Below, in pieces: positions 28,402 to 40,100 of a stretch of DNA of 64,000 nt (position 1 is the stretch's first letter; every line of letters starts with the position of its first letter). The notes under the pieces are model-generated. The model had not been told where the DNA came from, did not search any database, and saw only the letters and a program-made list of their open reading frames with translations. Where the stretch lies: positions 7,998,001 to 8,062,000 of the forward strand of contig NC_092672.1 in assembly GCF_964355755.1 (NCBI RefSeq), given 5' to 3'. Made by a program: the position numbers and the translations under genes. The DNA comes from Antedon mediterranea (taxonomy: Eukaryota > Animalia > Echinodermata).

Positions 28402-31400
28402 CATATTATGAAATATAGATATTTTTAAATTGGGTCTTTATACTATGGTATTTCAATTTGGTAAAAATGTGTAAATTGTTTCAATACAATGTTATTTTGA
28501 TGAGGAGGTATGTATGTAGACATATTGTCTTGTGGCAGATATTGAAGGGAGATACCTCCAACCTTACCGATTGATTTATATTCATAGAAATTGAAATTGC
28601 AAAGAGCAGACCTAACTAACATGTAACTTATTAATGGCTTTAATCTTCACCACCCCATCACCTCAATGTCTTTACCAACTGTATCCAGTCATGAACTCAT
28701 AAATATGCATGTACAAGGTCAGAAGAGTACAAGTAACTTCAACCCCATTCCAAATAGATCAGGGTGTTTTACTAGACAAAAAATCAACACCTCCCCTTTC
28801 CTATAATACCTTTTTGAAAGGAATCCTAATTAGGATAAAGCTTAAAGACGGGAAGTGGCCGATTTTTAAGCATTGTTAGGATTTCCTTCTTAAGGATTGG
28901 ATCTGAGGGGGAAGTCTTCAATAAGGACAACCTTGTCCACGGGCGCTGAAACATAATGGGCCTAGCGGAGCGTATGGATTAGTTTCCTCCTCGTTGCTTG
29001 TTCGTTTACCCCCTTTAAAAGATAAGAAAACCCTGTCATCAGTCAGCGTCAATTCAACTAAAGACAAATTGTGAACTTGTATTCAATATTACCACAACTG
29101 AAACGTTATTAAGATCTTTGATTGCAGTAACAATAATCTGGATTGAAAGAGGGTTAATGAGAGCAATCACCCGTTAAACCAATTAAAGCCACTTAAATAT
29201 ACCTTATCTTTCTTTGCTTAAATATAAAGCATATTTTTAAAGAAACCATCAGTGCACTAAATTGCCTTAGGTCATAGAATCCATTCCTATGTATGTCTTA
29301 ACTAAAAATAAACAAGTGAGCCATAAAACAAAGTTTTAATAATTATATTGTAAAACAAAAACAATAAAAAAGAAGAAAACTTTTCCGAATACTATAGTAT
29401 ATTGGATATGTGCTGGTGGTATATTAAATCTGAATATACCAAAAGATTGAGTCATTATTTGTGAAATTAATTATTAGCTCCAAAAGCACGAATATTAATT
29501 ACCAGATAAGTCTACTATTAATAATCTTCAATGATTAATTTCATAAAAGTCCATAAGAACTTGTAGTCTGAGTTGTTACTTAGTCTATTTCAAGATTGTT
29601 GTTAATCCGGACTGGATTAAACTGATCCATGTTAATCTAAAAGGTCCACAAGGCATTTAAATATATGTATGTAATATGTACAACCCAACCTGTGGAGATA
29701 GTTAATATTTGTATATCCCTGGAGATGACACAACAAGTGTATAGTCTGTGTTTTCAATTGCTGGAGGATTCGCTTTGATGACAAATTAATTAAGTGGTTG
29801 TTTGCGTACCATAGCCTATTTAAATATCATAACTTAGTTGAGTTCAATTTTGGTAAGTTTTATTTCTGGCTGAAATTTCAGTTAAAATTGAAAAGTTAAA
29901 ATATTGATGCAGATTTTCAATAATGAAGATAAATCAGAAAGAAACAAAAAGAAAAAAATTACAAAGAGCATTTTAATAATGGAGAACTAAAGAAATAAAA
30001 TTAGTTTGAATAAAATGGTAAATAAGATGTTTACAACTTAAACAAAAATGTATCCATTTAATCTAATTTTTCTTCAATAAATGCCATAAAAAGATATTTC
30101 ACTACTAAATTTGGTGTTAATCAGTTGTTTCCATCTAATTTGGCTTGGATCTACGGGGTCCATATCAGAATCAATATTATCCCATCATTTTCATTTCCTT
30201 CAAAACACATATTCCTGGAATTTTATAAAATTAAAAACATGTAGAGAAAAGTTAAGTTCAATGGCTTAGTAGTCTTGACAATGAATGTCATTGTGTTCAC
30301 TTAGCCATATGTCTGATTCATCCATCAACTGTAATTTGATTTCAGACATTTCTAGAAATAGACAAGAATTCACCAATTAATACCTCATACAGATAAATTA
30401 ACAAGTAATTACATCTATAATCAAATCAAAATATCATAAAACTGTATTTTCGTTTAATTTGATACTTTATCTGTTGCAAGTATAGTGATGGCACTAACAA
30501 AATTCAAAGTTTTTTAATAGGAATAAAAAAGGGACGTGTCTTGTGGAAAAGGAGGGTAAAAGAATGTGGGGTAAGAGAATTTGGGGATAAGAAAATTTGG
30601 AGGTAATAGATGTTGGGTAGGATGGTATAGGAGAAAAAAGGTGCTTAAATATAGGCATATGGGTCACATCATCAATGTAGAAATATTCTATAGTCGCGAA
30701 ACACTGGTCATATCAGAAATCATCATGGTGGAAAGGTGCTATATAAATTGTAATGTAATGGAATGGAAATACAAAAGAGGTGGAGGATTTATAAAGCAAT
30801 GGTCTAAAAAAAATGCTTCAAACGCGAAAAATAGTGCCTACTATTGCGTGACATGTGACTGTGATTGTCCAATCAAATGACAGGAATTTATTTAGGTGTT
30901 ATATAATATCCAACATATCATAGTGATATCTACTTTAAGTTAAACCTGTCAACTTATTGTTAAGGTTTAACCCTTTGTGGGCTAAGTTAGTGAAAACAGA
31001 AAGGGGCATCTATTGTGACACCCTGTACATGGCAATGATTCATATTATAATCATTATGAAAGTGAGTAATCCATGTTTAGTGTCATCCAAATGTGAGTAT
31101 GAATTCAGGAATGTGTCTCAGGTGATGTCCATGATCTTGTCTGAAAATACTGTGGGAATACTAAAGTTTATTTGTAAAGTGAAGTTCATCACTAAAGAAT
31201 ACAATTTACGTTACTGTGTAGTGTGTAATTATTTCCTTAAAGAGGTGGAGAATGGTAAACTTTAAATGTTCCACCTAGTGTACGGTATAATGGCTATGCA
31301 TATAAGATTATTTGTTGTAGTTAAAATTAATTACAGGCAGTGAGAAGCTCTAAACAACAACATTTATTTAGAACCAGTTCAAGAAATAAAAGCATTAAAA

Positions 31401-31483
31401 CTTAAATGGCAACATTAAATAACCCTAATAACGATAAAATACATAAGAATCACTATCCAAACTGAGTTGAAACAATACCACAA

Positions 31484-31560
31484 GCTTCTGTGGTCTAATG
31501 GTAAGATATCTGTATATTAAGTAGAAGATTCCAGGTTCTAATCTTATTTTCACAGAATTT
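31484..31560 (+). mobile_element. tRNA-derived SINE head (degenerate)
   Basis: A-box TGGTCTAATGG (31491-31501) and B-box-like GGTTCTAATC (31534-31543) at tRNA spacing. No intact cloverleaf acceptor stem. Confidence 0.55.
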
Positions 31561-31634
31561 TCATCTTCACCATTTATATATAATTTCAAAGATGGTTTTC
31601 ATTTTCTCTATGCAACATAATTACTGTATTCAAT

Positions 31635-31670
31635 CATGGAGAAATAAGTTAGTAAACTTATTTCTCCATG
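31635..31670. mobile_element. 36-bp TIR-only mini element, P-element-like, with 7-bp TSD
   Basis: Perfect inverted repeat CATGGAGAAATAAGTT-AGTA-AACTTATTTCTCCATG flanked by direct repeat ATTCAAT (31628-31634 and 31671-31677). Confidence 0.75.
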
Positions 31671-34339
31671 ATTCAATTGAAATACACAAGGTTTGCATCA
31701 TTATGTTAATTTATTATTTGTTGATAATATGGATTGCCTTCTCATGTTTTGTGTTGTCTTCTCATGAATAAAATTTGACAGGGCACACTTGTCAAAGTAA
31801 CTCAACTATTATGTTAAACACAGCTTTTTGTGTCTCAATCGCAACTTTCTTTCTTGTGAGCTAAGCCCACTGACTTCCAGTATATGTCGCCATTTATCTA
31901 GTAAATACCACTTGAAGGCTCTAACTCGCCACAATTTACTTTCAATCTTGTGCGATGTTGTTTAAACTATGAGCTATCAACAAGACACTTATGATATAAT
32001 AGTTTTTGACACGCGTTTCAGAGGCATTGGTAATCGATGGAAAACAGGATGGGAATATACCATGACATACGGGAAACGTTGCTACCAAGAGAAAATAAGA
32101 AACAGCGAGTAAAGATCAGTAACCCACAATCTGGGAATACCAGTACTTAGTGAAAGATTTGTCCCTAATTAGTGTGAAAACAAACTTTCATATTCTACGC
32201 ATTACATCAACCAACTAAAACGAAAGCAAACAATTCTGAAAGCTAATGCATTGTATATTCATAGATTGTTAATTACTTGCATACACGCTAATTAATAATG
32301 GGTCTAAATAGAGCCGTAGTAACGTTGTTTGCACCTGCAATGGTGTACAGGGGCGAGAGTGGGTGGGTGTTGATGGCTATAGGCAGATTCATCTAGAGGA
32401 AGAACAGAACGAAACACAGTATTCATTTTGTTGATTTATCAACATTCCGTTGAAATATTATTTTACTCGACTTCAAACAATTTGCTTACAATATATACTT
32501 TTTAGTCATCTATAGAAAAAAAAATGAACTGAAAATTCAAACAGATGTAAAAATGGGTGTGGTTGATATAATTCTTACCCACTCCTCTCTACTAAATTAT
32601 TTCAATATTTATTCATTTACTATTATTTAGAAAACTAAGTTTGATAATTAAATATACGTTTTTATAATCAAATATTCAGAACAAAAATTAGCCTATATTA
32701 ACATTCATTATTATTCATACCAACACTATTATTGAAAATGAATGTTTGTAACGATTACACTTTAAAATAATTCATTATTAAATCAATGTTTTAGGATTAA
32801 TTCCAATTAAATTCAAGGAAAATTAAAATATTTTAAGTAACAAATAATCGCATCTGGTTCCTCTGCAACAATTTGATATCAATATGAGAAAAGAAATTTC
32901 TCATTCTAAAACCTTTCCGTACAGATTGTGACAATAACGCATTAAAAGATTAGCAAAAGAAGGGAGAGGCCTAGAATGAGTCTTTATCTGATGATGCCAT
33001 ACACGTCTGTGTATCTTGGCAGCCTAGCCAGCACAACAGTCATAACCAAAAACATCTGCGAAAATATGCGATCATCTTCCTATGAACCAATCGGTATTCC
33101 TTGTCTACGATCCAAAACATCGTCATAAAGTATTACACTCGCATAGTTTCACTCTGAACAGTAGCTAATATGGGATGGGAGAAATATCTAAGGGCATCAT
33201 GGCGTGTCAGTTTATTTGAACCTAGCATCGAGAAAGGTAGGAACTCCACTGAGGATTCATAAAAAGGGCACTCGGTGACATCACAGGAAACAGATACTAT
33301 ATTGAGGAAACTCTAGAGACGGGTTCGCTACCTAGGGACCACCGTTCTCAGGTGCCACGACACCGTGTCTATGGATGCGCTGTTGTTCAGCAGCAACTAT
33401 ATACACGTCTGGTTATCCTGTGGAAGGAATCGCCTCCTAAGCAGGTACCATGCGCGAGAGGTACGGTCAAAGTACAATAACCTCTGTGTAGTTAAGCTTA
33501 CAAACGTCGGTGTCAACATAACATTCTCATTGGCTTACAGACAAATAATTCCACGGGTAGATCAATATCAAGACGGCCTTCATAATCTGTATAGGTCCAA
33601 TTCGTACAGATTACGGGTCAGTAATATACTTTTATCTTCATCCGTACCTTTCCTCTCTTGTTATCGTCATAGTATTAAGCAATCTACCCCTTATTCTTCC
33701 TTCGTTATTACTTTCATTTTTCTTTGTAACATTTTTCAAATGAGAGGCTTAGCTTTTGTAAAATTAATTCTATTTGTTAAGTTATTGTTCCTTCCTTGTG
33801 TAATTTGTATTCAATAATGGAACTTCCTTTACAAATCTCCTATCTTTCTACAATTAGTATCAACTTTCGTACATAGTCATGAATTTGTCTTCTAAATTTA
33901 AAAAAGTTAACAAACAATATAATGAATAAATCGAAATCAAACAGGCTACCTACTTTTAAATTTGATATGTTTAATATATATCTATTAATTATATAAATAT
34001 ATTAATCCCTTTCTCATTTTAAAATCTTGATGCAGACTATTTGTAATTTAATATATATATAATATTGTTGGTTGGTGCTTTAACTATGACAGTATATAAT
34101 ACGACTAATACCCGATTAACACATACAAATATCTTTCTATGATAATCTTACTAAGAAAGTTTCTAAATATTTTGTATGTGTCACAATCTGTTCTACATCA
34201 TGTATAATGTATTATCTAATATTTTCTTATAAAACAAACTAAAATAGAATATAATAACAAACAATATTGATATGGATGAATTACAAGTAATTGATTACAT
34301 CATATGTGGGGTGTAATGTGCCTGTAAGCAACGTGCAAC

Positions 34340-34970
34340 TGTGTGGGAAGAGTGTTGGCTTTGTGCCTTTTCCCACACCCCATATTGATCAAGTTAATTG
34401 TCTACAAGTCATTGTCTGGGTTTGGCCGACTGGGCTTAACCAAGGTGGCCAATCAGCTAATGTGTCAGCCGGCCCAGGTATAATCAGCAGACCTGGTGTT
34501 ACGAAGCCTAGCCACAATCTGCCCACCAAATGTCACCCAGGAGGGACCAGAGATGATGCCGGAATATTGCGATTGTTGTCACCTGGTCTTAATGTGATCA
34601 GAGACAAACGATGACAAGGCTCTGCGACGCATCTGGTTTTAGCAACTCAAGACAGACTGCAGCCTATGGCTCACTAGCCTTGAAGGTGTCATGCTAAACA
34701 CTATACCGTTTATTACATTCTCACTCGTGTCTCTGCGAGTAATTAAACATTTCATTACTATCATCTTTGAATCACTGTCCACAAATGACAGATAAAACAT
34801 GATTTTGAGGGCCCCCTCCATGAGTGAAAGTACACAACTTGACGTTCAAGTGTGATGTTGATTTATTTCTTTCTATTCTCCGAAATAATACCTACTATGG
34901 TTACAAAATTTCCCACGATTTGGAAGAAAAAGAAAAACGTTATCGCCCAGTTTAAATATTCCCATGACGA
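34340..34970. promoter_or_regulatory. Candidate Notch-responsive enhancer (Su(H)/RBPJ site cluster)
   Basis: TGTGGGAA 34342-34349 facing TTCCCACA 34370-34377, TTCCCACG 34910-34917, variant TTCCCATG near 34960, CACCTG near 34579, AGGTGTCA near 34684, all in a GC-elevated island. Motif-based only. Confidence 0.35.
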
Positions 34971-37113
34971 GTTTGATCAAAAGTGTCACAAAAGGAGTAG
35001 CAATGTGAAAAGAGGCCTCCTGCTGTGTATCACACCTATAGTTTATAGAAGAGTAACTCTGTACGGAAACAGAAGAATAGACAAGATTGCCTGAAGCCTT
35101 TAGAGCCGAAATTCAATGAACTTGTCAGATGTCTAAAGAAGTAGCGAAGCAGAAGTTTTAATCCTGTTTTAAGACACACAAAGGACTGATCAAAACCACC
35201 CAATTATCTTCTTTCAGCTTCCATTGTAACCTCCTAAACAGAACTATAGCAGTCTTTGTGCTATGGAACCTGCCTGCAATGTGTGTGTAAACAGGAGACT
35301 TCTTAGCTCTAGCCCTGAAGGCATCTTAGATGGTAATGACACACATCGAATGTGCTCACTCAACCGATCCTACTCAACTTAAACTCTACCCCTCAGCCGA
35401 GAACTTGAGCCATCACAGACCTAACAAATAATAGTGATTAAATAATGGAGATATTGTTGCGAATGGAATCAGCCAATTAACAGATATCAACGACCCTGTT
35501 CATAGCACAATGTTGTGACAAGCCTCAGAAGGGCTTGAAAACCCAGCATGGACTCCTTATCATTAAGTCTCATTGATTGGGAGAAACACTTATCAACAAG
35601 TTAAAAATGGATAGTTTGACATGATACAATGCTTGTGATATTTCATGTCTGCAACATTACATACAGGTGTACAGGCTAAGGTGGGATCAAACTTACACAA
35701 ACATCACTTCGGGGCAGTATGCATTTTAATGAACCTGAGGTTTCTTAACCAAGTCCACCGACACTCAATGAAAACAACAATCGGATATTTTCTTAGGAAT
35801 CAGAGATCGGCAAATGCAAAGAAACACGGAATCACAACGTTATTCCATCTGTAACTCTCCTAACATACCCCAAAGATATGAAAATAAAATGTTCTCATGA
35901 TATCATGTTTATATCTATATTTATATTTGCCACATTTCATGGGATAGAATCTTGTATTAATATAATTAATACAACAACATCTTGAGAGTTGATTTCTTAT
36001 TTTAATATTTTCTCAAAGAAGTTGAACAGTCAGTTGGAATATTGCATTACGAGACATATGTTGAGTCTTGTTATTTAAGCTACATAATTTTATGTAAAAT
36101 TCTCACGAAAGAATCATTTCTATCTATCTAAATTGCAAAAATATGCCTCTTGCTGTTTGGACAAAACAGGAAACTTGTTTTATTATCAAAAGTAGTTTTA
36201 TTTTTACTTCTATTTTCATATTTATTTATTTTATTAATTTTGGCAAAAAATAACAAATATCGTTATTGTAATAAGAGGTAACAAAAGGATTTACCAACAA
36301 AGGTGATCCAAAAGTTTTATTGAAAAATGTATCCCATCTCATTCTGCATACAATAATTTGAGCACTGTACTATCAACCACCTGTGGAAATAAACTAGTTC
36401 CTTGTGATATTAACAATTAACATTCCTGTGCTAATTACCGAATAGGATGAGCTTAAAAAGTGTGAAATGTGGCCAACAATGTTTGTTTAAAAGTTAAAAG
36501 TTGGGAAGTTTTTAAGACTTTCAACAAATATTTAACAAGTACTTTATTTCTTACTTAAAACTTGCTTTACGTTGAGACTTATAAGTGCAGCCATTAAGTC
36601 ACAGAAGATAAAATATTTAACTGGTTTAAAAGATAAAAATAAGTTAAAACCAGAGTAAATATTACAAGAGCTGGTTAATATGATAGTCATGTTTTCTATT
36701 AGTCTTAAAATATCAGAAGAAACTAATGTGATTCAAGACCACCATTAAGCCCAAGGACTTAGGCCTATTAAAACAACTAGGCATTTTGGGATTTATCAGG
36801 ACTATACAGTCATAGGCAGATCCAAGGGGTCCCTAATTTTTTACTCTTTTTCACAACCCTTGATATGCTATGGTATACCATAGGTGGCCCTTCTTTAGGA
36901 ACATTTCTTAATTGGAGGCAGACATTTTCAATTTATAACAAAAATCTAAAATGTTCATAAAACTTGGAATTGTTAATCCAAATAAAAAAGATAACTTTGC
37001 AATAGCTGTCAATCATGGCTGTTATGTAATTAATGGACATGTGAGGTGATATATGGCTATTCTGTGATATAAATGTGCATACATTTACAGTACTTTATAA
37101 GGTATGTTGTAAG

Positions 37114-37143
37114 CATGGAACTATACTATATTATAGTTCCATG
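37114..37143. mobile_element. 30-bp TIR-only mini element, P-element-like, with 8-bp TSD
   Basis: CATGGAACTATA-CTATAT-TATAGTTCCATG flanked by perfect direct repeat GTTGTAAG (37106-37113 and 37144-37151). Confidence 0.78.
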
Positions 37144-40100
37144 GTTGTAAGTTTCTTAGTGCAGATTACCACTATATGTTTTGACAGATTACATTTTAAA
37201 AAATCAACTAAACTTAATTAGAATTGATACAAAACAAGTTACCAAAATTAAATTATTACAAATTTTCGATAATTTTTATTTTTTGAAGACATTTTATCAG
37301 CTTTTTGCATAACAACCATTCTTACATCATGCATTATAAAATATGACAGATGCTACGAAATTGAAACGTCTATGTTAAAAAAAGACCAAATATTACGCAT
37401 CGTAGATAAACGCAGCAAGTCTGGGGACATACGTGTGCTCACAAGAGCGACCCTCATTACCGTTCGACTGTCAAATAATGATACTAGACACAAATGTTAT
37501 CATTAAGTGTTTCATTTGTTGTTGATTGATTGATGTTTTAACCGAAAAGTTTGTCATAATATTAAGACACAAGACTGCACATGTAAACACAGTCAATCAC
37601 ATCCTATCATCAGGGGAAAGACGATTGGGAAAAGGGAGAAAGAGATTGTAAAAAATGAAACTTTTTATACAAAAAAAACCTTAATTTGGTAAAATGCTTA
37701 ATATTTAGTATGTATTAAATGCAATGTTAACATTGCCATATGTTTAAATTTATATTTAAATGTTTTCTCATAATTTTGAGGGACACAATCTATCTCATCT
37801 TGCATTTTTATGCTTCCTTTTCATCTCTTAATTGCCCTTTTCTCCAATCTTCTTTCCTTTTTTTATTTCTCACTGATGAATTTGCTGATGAATAAAAAAA
37901 TATGTGAAAGTAAAATCTCTTTTTTCTAAAAATGATTAAACCTGAAGTATGGTCTTTATAATAAAATATATATATTCTAGAAGAAATAAACACTTTTTAA
38001 TTCTATTCAAATGACTTCCAAAATATTGTTTTAAAAGGCTTACCAATTATAACAGGTTGTTTTATTCGTTTATAACCATCAATAAAAAAAGGTCTTTAAA
38101 ACGTTTTCTTTCATTTTATACCTGTAAAAAATAGTTCCAGACAATTTAAACGATACAGGTGTTATATAAATCACATAGATGATTTAATTATTTAGATGAA
38201 AGATGATAAAAATTAAGAATATAGTTGTTAATCTACTAGCAGTTTAGGTCAGTTATACAAACAAAAATTATGGTCGGTAATCTTCAAAGGCAATTTGAAA
38301 CATATAGTCTAGACCCAGCAGGAGATCCTATCCTAGTACAAAATGTATCCATGAGACTAATTACATTATAGGAGTCCTGTTGAAACAATGGATATTTATA
38401 AGTAACTAAAAAGCAATCATGGTGGTAAACATAGCAAACTTTTGAAATTGTGTTAATTAGAATTGTCTGTTTTTCAGCAGGGTCTCTCTGTGTTACCGTC
38501 AATCATGGTTTTTTTCATCTGACAACGAGTGGAAATCACGCTTTTTAATTTGCGGTATTGGTTCCGGCCGTGATAACGACGTGTGCAGGATAATGCTAAA
38601 TTTATTGGCAACATGGTGAAGACGTTTTCAACGCTTCCTGTATAAACCAGAATATTTTTGATAGTGAAAATGACGCTAAACTTCGTGACCAATTTTAATT
38701 GTCCTTCAGTTCGCTAATGATCTGTCTGCTTTGGTTGTCTAAGGTCTGGTCAAGTTTAAAATCTTCCAGGCCCCTGGCTGTGATAAAAGTTTCAAAGCCT
38801 CTACTAAACACAAGGTCATCTTTTATTTTTTTTCCCACAATTTGAAACAGAATTACTATAAAACCTCAAAGTTTATATAACCTAGGGGGCCTAGCTTCAT
38901 CTTCTTCCAGGTAGATGTGTAATACTGGTAATCAACACCTTAAGGTGTGTGTACACGATCGCTGGAGGGATACTTCTCCACCTGTAGAAGCCGGCTAACA
39001 CTGACGAAGTGCAGCATCTTTTAATTGCTGGCAAAACACGCACCCTGCCAGCCTGACAGCCTCCTCATGTGCTTGTTACTATTTTCACCTACGGCTGATT
39101 TTAGGGTTCATTGAAACCTGTAACTATTTCCGTTACTATATTCGTACTATGATAACAAGTGCAATGCTTTTTATATCACATCAAAGGACAACATGATACC
39201 AATGTTGACAATTATTTTTAACTGAATACCGTACTAAAATCTTACAAACATTGTGATGAATCAATTATATAAATTATCATCAATTATCTTTTTTTCTGAG
39301 CAACTAAAAAATAATACTATTGACTATAAAGTTACAAACAAGTTTTAAAAATATAAAACTACTCCTCAAGACTCTGCAAATAGATTGCACCCTCTATAGT
39401 TAACAATTTGTAAAATTAAGTTTAAAGAGATAGTTCAATCAGATGAAAAATTATCCATATAGGTGATTTCAACAACAAAAATGTGGTATTAGAAAAATTA
39501 AAATTTTGTGCCACTTTCATTTAAAAAAATATTGGCAGCTGTGACATTTATTTTAAAGTAAAGAAACTGTTCCATCCACTGTGTAAAAGATGTACTACGG
39601 ACCAATCGTCAAATTTAATTATTACATAGACCAGTCATTGATTACATCTCCTTTATCAATATAACAACTAGCGAAGAGAAGTAGGATGACAATGATATCG
39701 AGTGCATTAATTAAACTGAGCAATCAACAAGTTAAAAAGCTCTCAATGCAAAGTGTATCTTCTTACCAAGCATTTACAAGAGACCTATTGTCCATAGAGT
39801 TCACGATCATCTCCTATAATTAAACAATTCATATGGAGACGCCTCGAATATCAACCTAGCTTAAAGTTAGTAGACGTACTTGATAGGTCTTCTTAATTAT
39901 CAGACGTTTATTACAAAATAGATCTTTATCTATCGTCGTAATTTAAGACCATCATGATAGGATCTCATTATCCCTGGTTGCGTCATGAAAAACCAATCAC
40001 GAAATGATATCAGAACTGAAGAAAGGTGATTTCCTGGTCTTTATGGCTGTTTTCAAATGATGATGTATGTAAAAATAGTGTTCACCGGGCGTAATTGGTA

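Noticed and set aside
30270-30330. Minus-strand AG followed by LMDESDIWLSEHN, considered as exon 3
   Set aside because: Runs into a stop after about 20 codons and lacks the conserved PR residues.
31484-31560. Possible tRNA gene
   Set aside because: A and B boxes present but stems do not pair; treated as SINE remnant, as for 13181 and 48570.
33365-33817. 150-aa ORF on + strand
   Set aside because: GTG start, no recognisable domain, runs into low-complexity AT-rich sequence; likely chance ORF in a GC-elevated island.
36813-36840. GGCAGATCCAAGGGG and similar fragments (17755, 40212, 47665) resembling ends of a common short repeat
   Set aside because: Too short and degenerate to delimit elements or find TSDs.
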